A DNA stretch of 64,000 nucleotides from Octopus sinensis. Its lineage: Eukaryota. The stretch is taken from NCBI RefSeq assembly GCF_006345805.1, contig NC_043000.1, positions 152,210,001-152,274,000 of the forward strand. Reading direction: 5' to 3'. Each line of letters starts with the position of its first letter. The first letter of the stretch is position 1. Below the pieces are notes generated by a model. The model was not told where the DNA came from, did no database searches, and worked only from the letters and a program-made list of their open reading frames with translations. Shown here piece by piece: positions 63,011 to 64,000 of this stretch. Position numbers and translations under genes: made by a program.

Positions 63011-63744
63011 ATGACAAAGGAAGATTGATCCATTTAATCTTGATAATTAATAATCAAGTATTTGGAAAAAGGAAGAAACTCAAAAACTTAAGTAAAGTTC
63101 AAGACTATTGAAAAGGTTGCAAGATGCAACGAAAATTTTAGGAAAATAAAAATATGAAATAAGTGGAAATTTTACTGGTGAGTGTGTTAAATTATAAGGC
63201 ACAAAAAGAAAATGAATCTCCCCAGACACAACAGAATAAAGTTCAAAGATTTTAGGCTTGAGTGAAAGTGCTTCTTGCATGAAAGCTTGTTAAAATATTG
63301 AATAAGGCTGTCACTGATCCCTGCAATACTGAGAGTCCTATTTGCATTAAGACTTTCAATATTGCTGCAAAAGCAGATAGGGTGCACAAAATGCTAGAAC
63401 TTACAATTTTTTTGCTACCAACCTGAATTTCGTGTCTTAAAGGCAGCTACTATAAATGGAAAGTTGCTTACAAATGCCAAGATCAATTTCCACTCTGTAA
63501 AAATCATACAAAATGCCATTGATGAGCATGTATAGAACAGCATACTCCATAGGTTAGAAACAGTAACTTTCATCAGAACAGCATGAAAAAATAGAATATT
63601 AACCTAAGTAACAAGAATAGCAAAGTGATCAGAAAAACAGCAATAACATCAACATCTGCTGCAACAGAAACGATAACAATAACAGCAATAATTGTCGCAA
63701 TAACAACAGCAGCAGTAATTATAATAGTTATGGAAATAGTAGTT

Positions 63745-64000
63745 GTGATACCTGTGCCGGTGGCACATAAAAAGCACCATCCGAACGTGGGCGTTACCAG
63801 CGCCGCCTTGACTGGCTTCTGTGCCGGTGGCACATAAAAAGCACCATCCGAACGTGGCCAATGCCAGTGCCGCCTTGGCTGGCTTCCGTGCCGGTGGCAT
63901 GTTAAAATCACCAACCGATCGTGGCTGATGCCAGACTCCCCTGGCACCTGTGCAGGTGGCACGTAAAAAGCACCCACTACACTCGCGGAGTGGTTGGCAT
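63745..64000 (+). mobile_element. RTE LINE 3' end with 67-bp VNTR (cut by window end)
   Basis: Units near-identical to 24440-24740. Confidence 0.88.

Noticed and set aside
60057-64000. A further cubilin exon before the window end
   Set aside because: No phase-1 acceptor followed by a CUB-type C-G-G/C..W pattern was found; the next exon probably lies beyond the window

Overview
This is AT-rich, microsatellite- and retroposon-dense animal DNA. The repeat families look cephalopod (Octopus-like); that assignment is an inference, not a database result. The only host gene I can find is an internal part of a large + strand gene. I hand-spliced 16 exons (1678-60056, 2718 coding nt, about 906 codons) into one uninterrupted frame encoding 8 consecutive CUB domains with no EGF or Sushi spacers. 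It is best explained as cubilin, apparently CUB4-CUB11 by my recollection of the human sequence. One intron is a non-canonical GC-AG intron. The introns make up about 95% of the window and hold four tRNA-derived SINE families (working labels A-D), many RTE LINE 3' ends carrying a 63/67-bp VNTR, CR1-group, R4/Dong and Hero-like LINE fragments, Tc1/mariner relics, TTAA (piggyBac-type) MITEs, non-autonomous Helitrons, several long foldback hairpins and a 1325-bp tandem duplication. The most interesting signals are: a covarying 3' stem-loop shared by SINE-B, a LINE and an orphan tail; head/tail-swapped SINEs; an unclassified palindromic element next to a splice donor; a pre-miRNA-sized hairpin; and a degenerate hammerhead-like motif. 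I found no CRISPR array, prokaryotic system or intact autonomous transposon. Exon boundaries were counted to the base; most repeat boundaries are approximate (about 10-20 bp).
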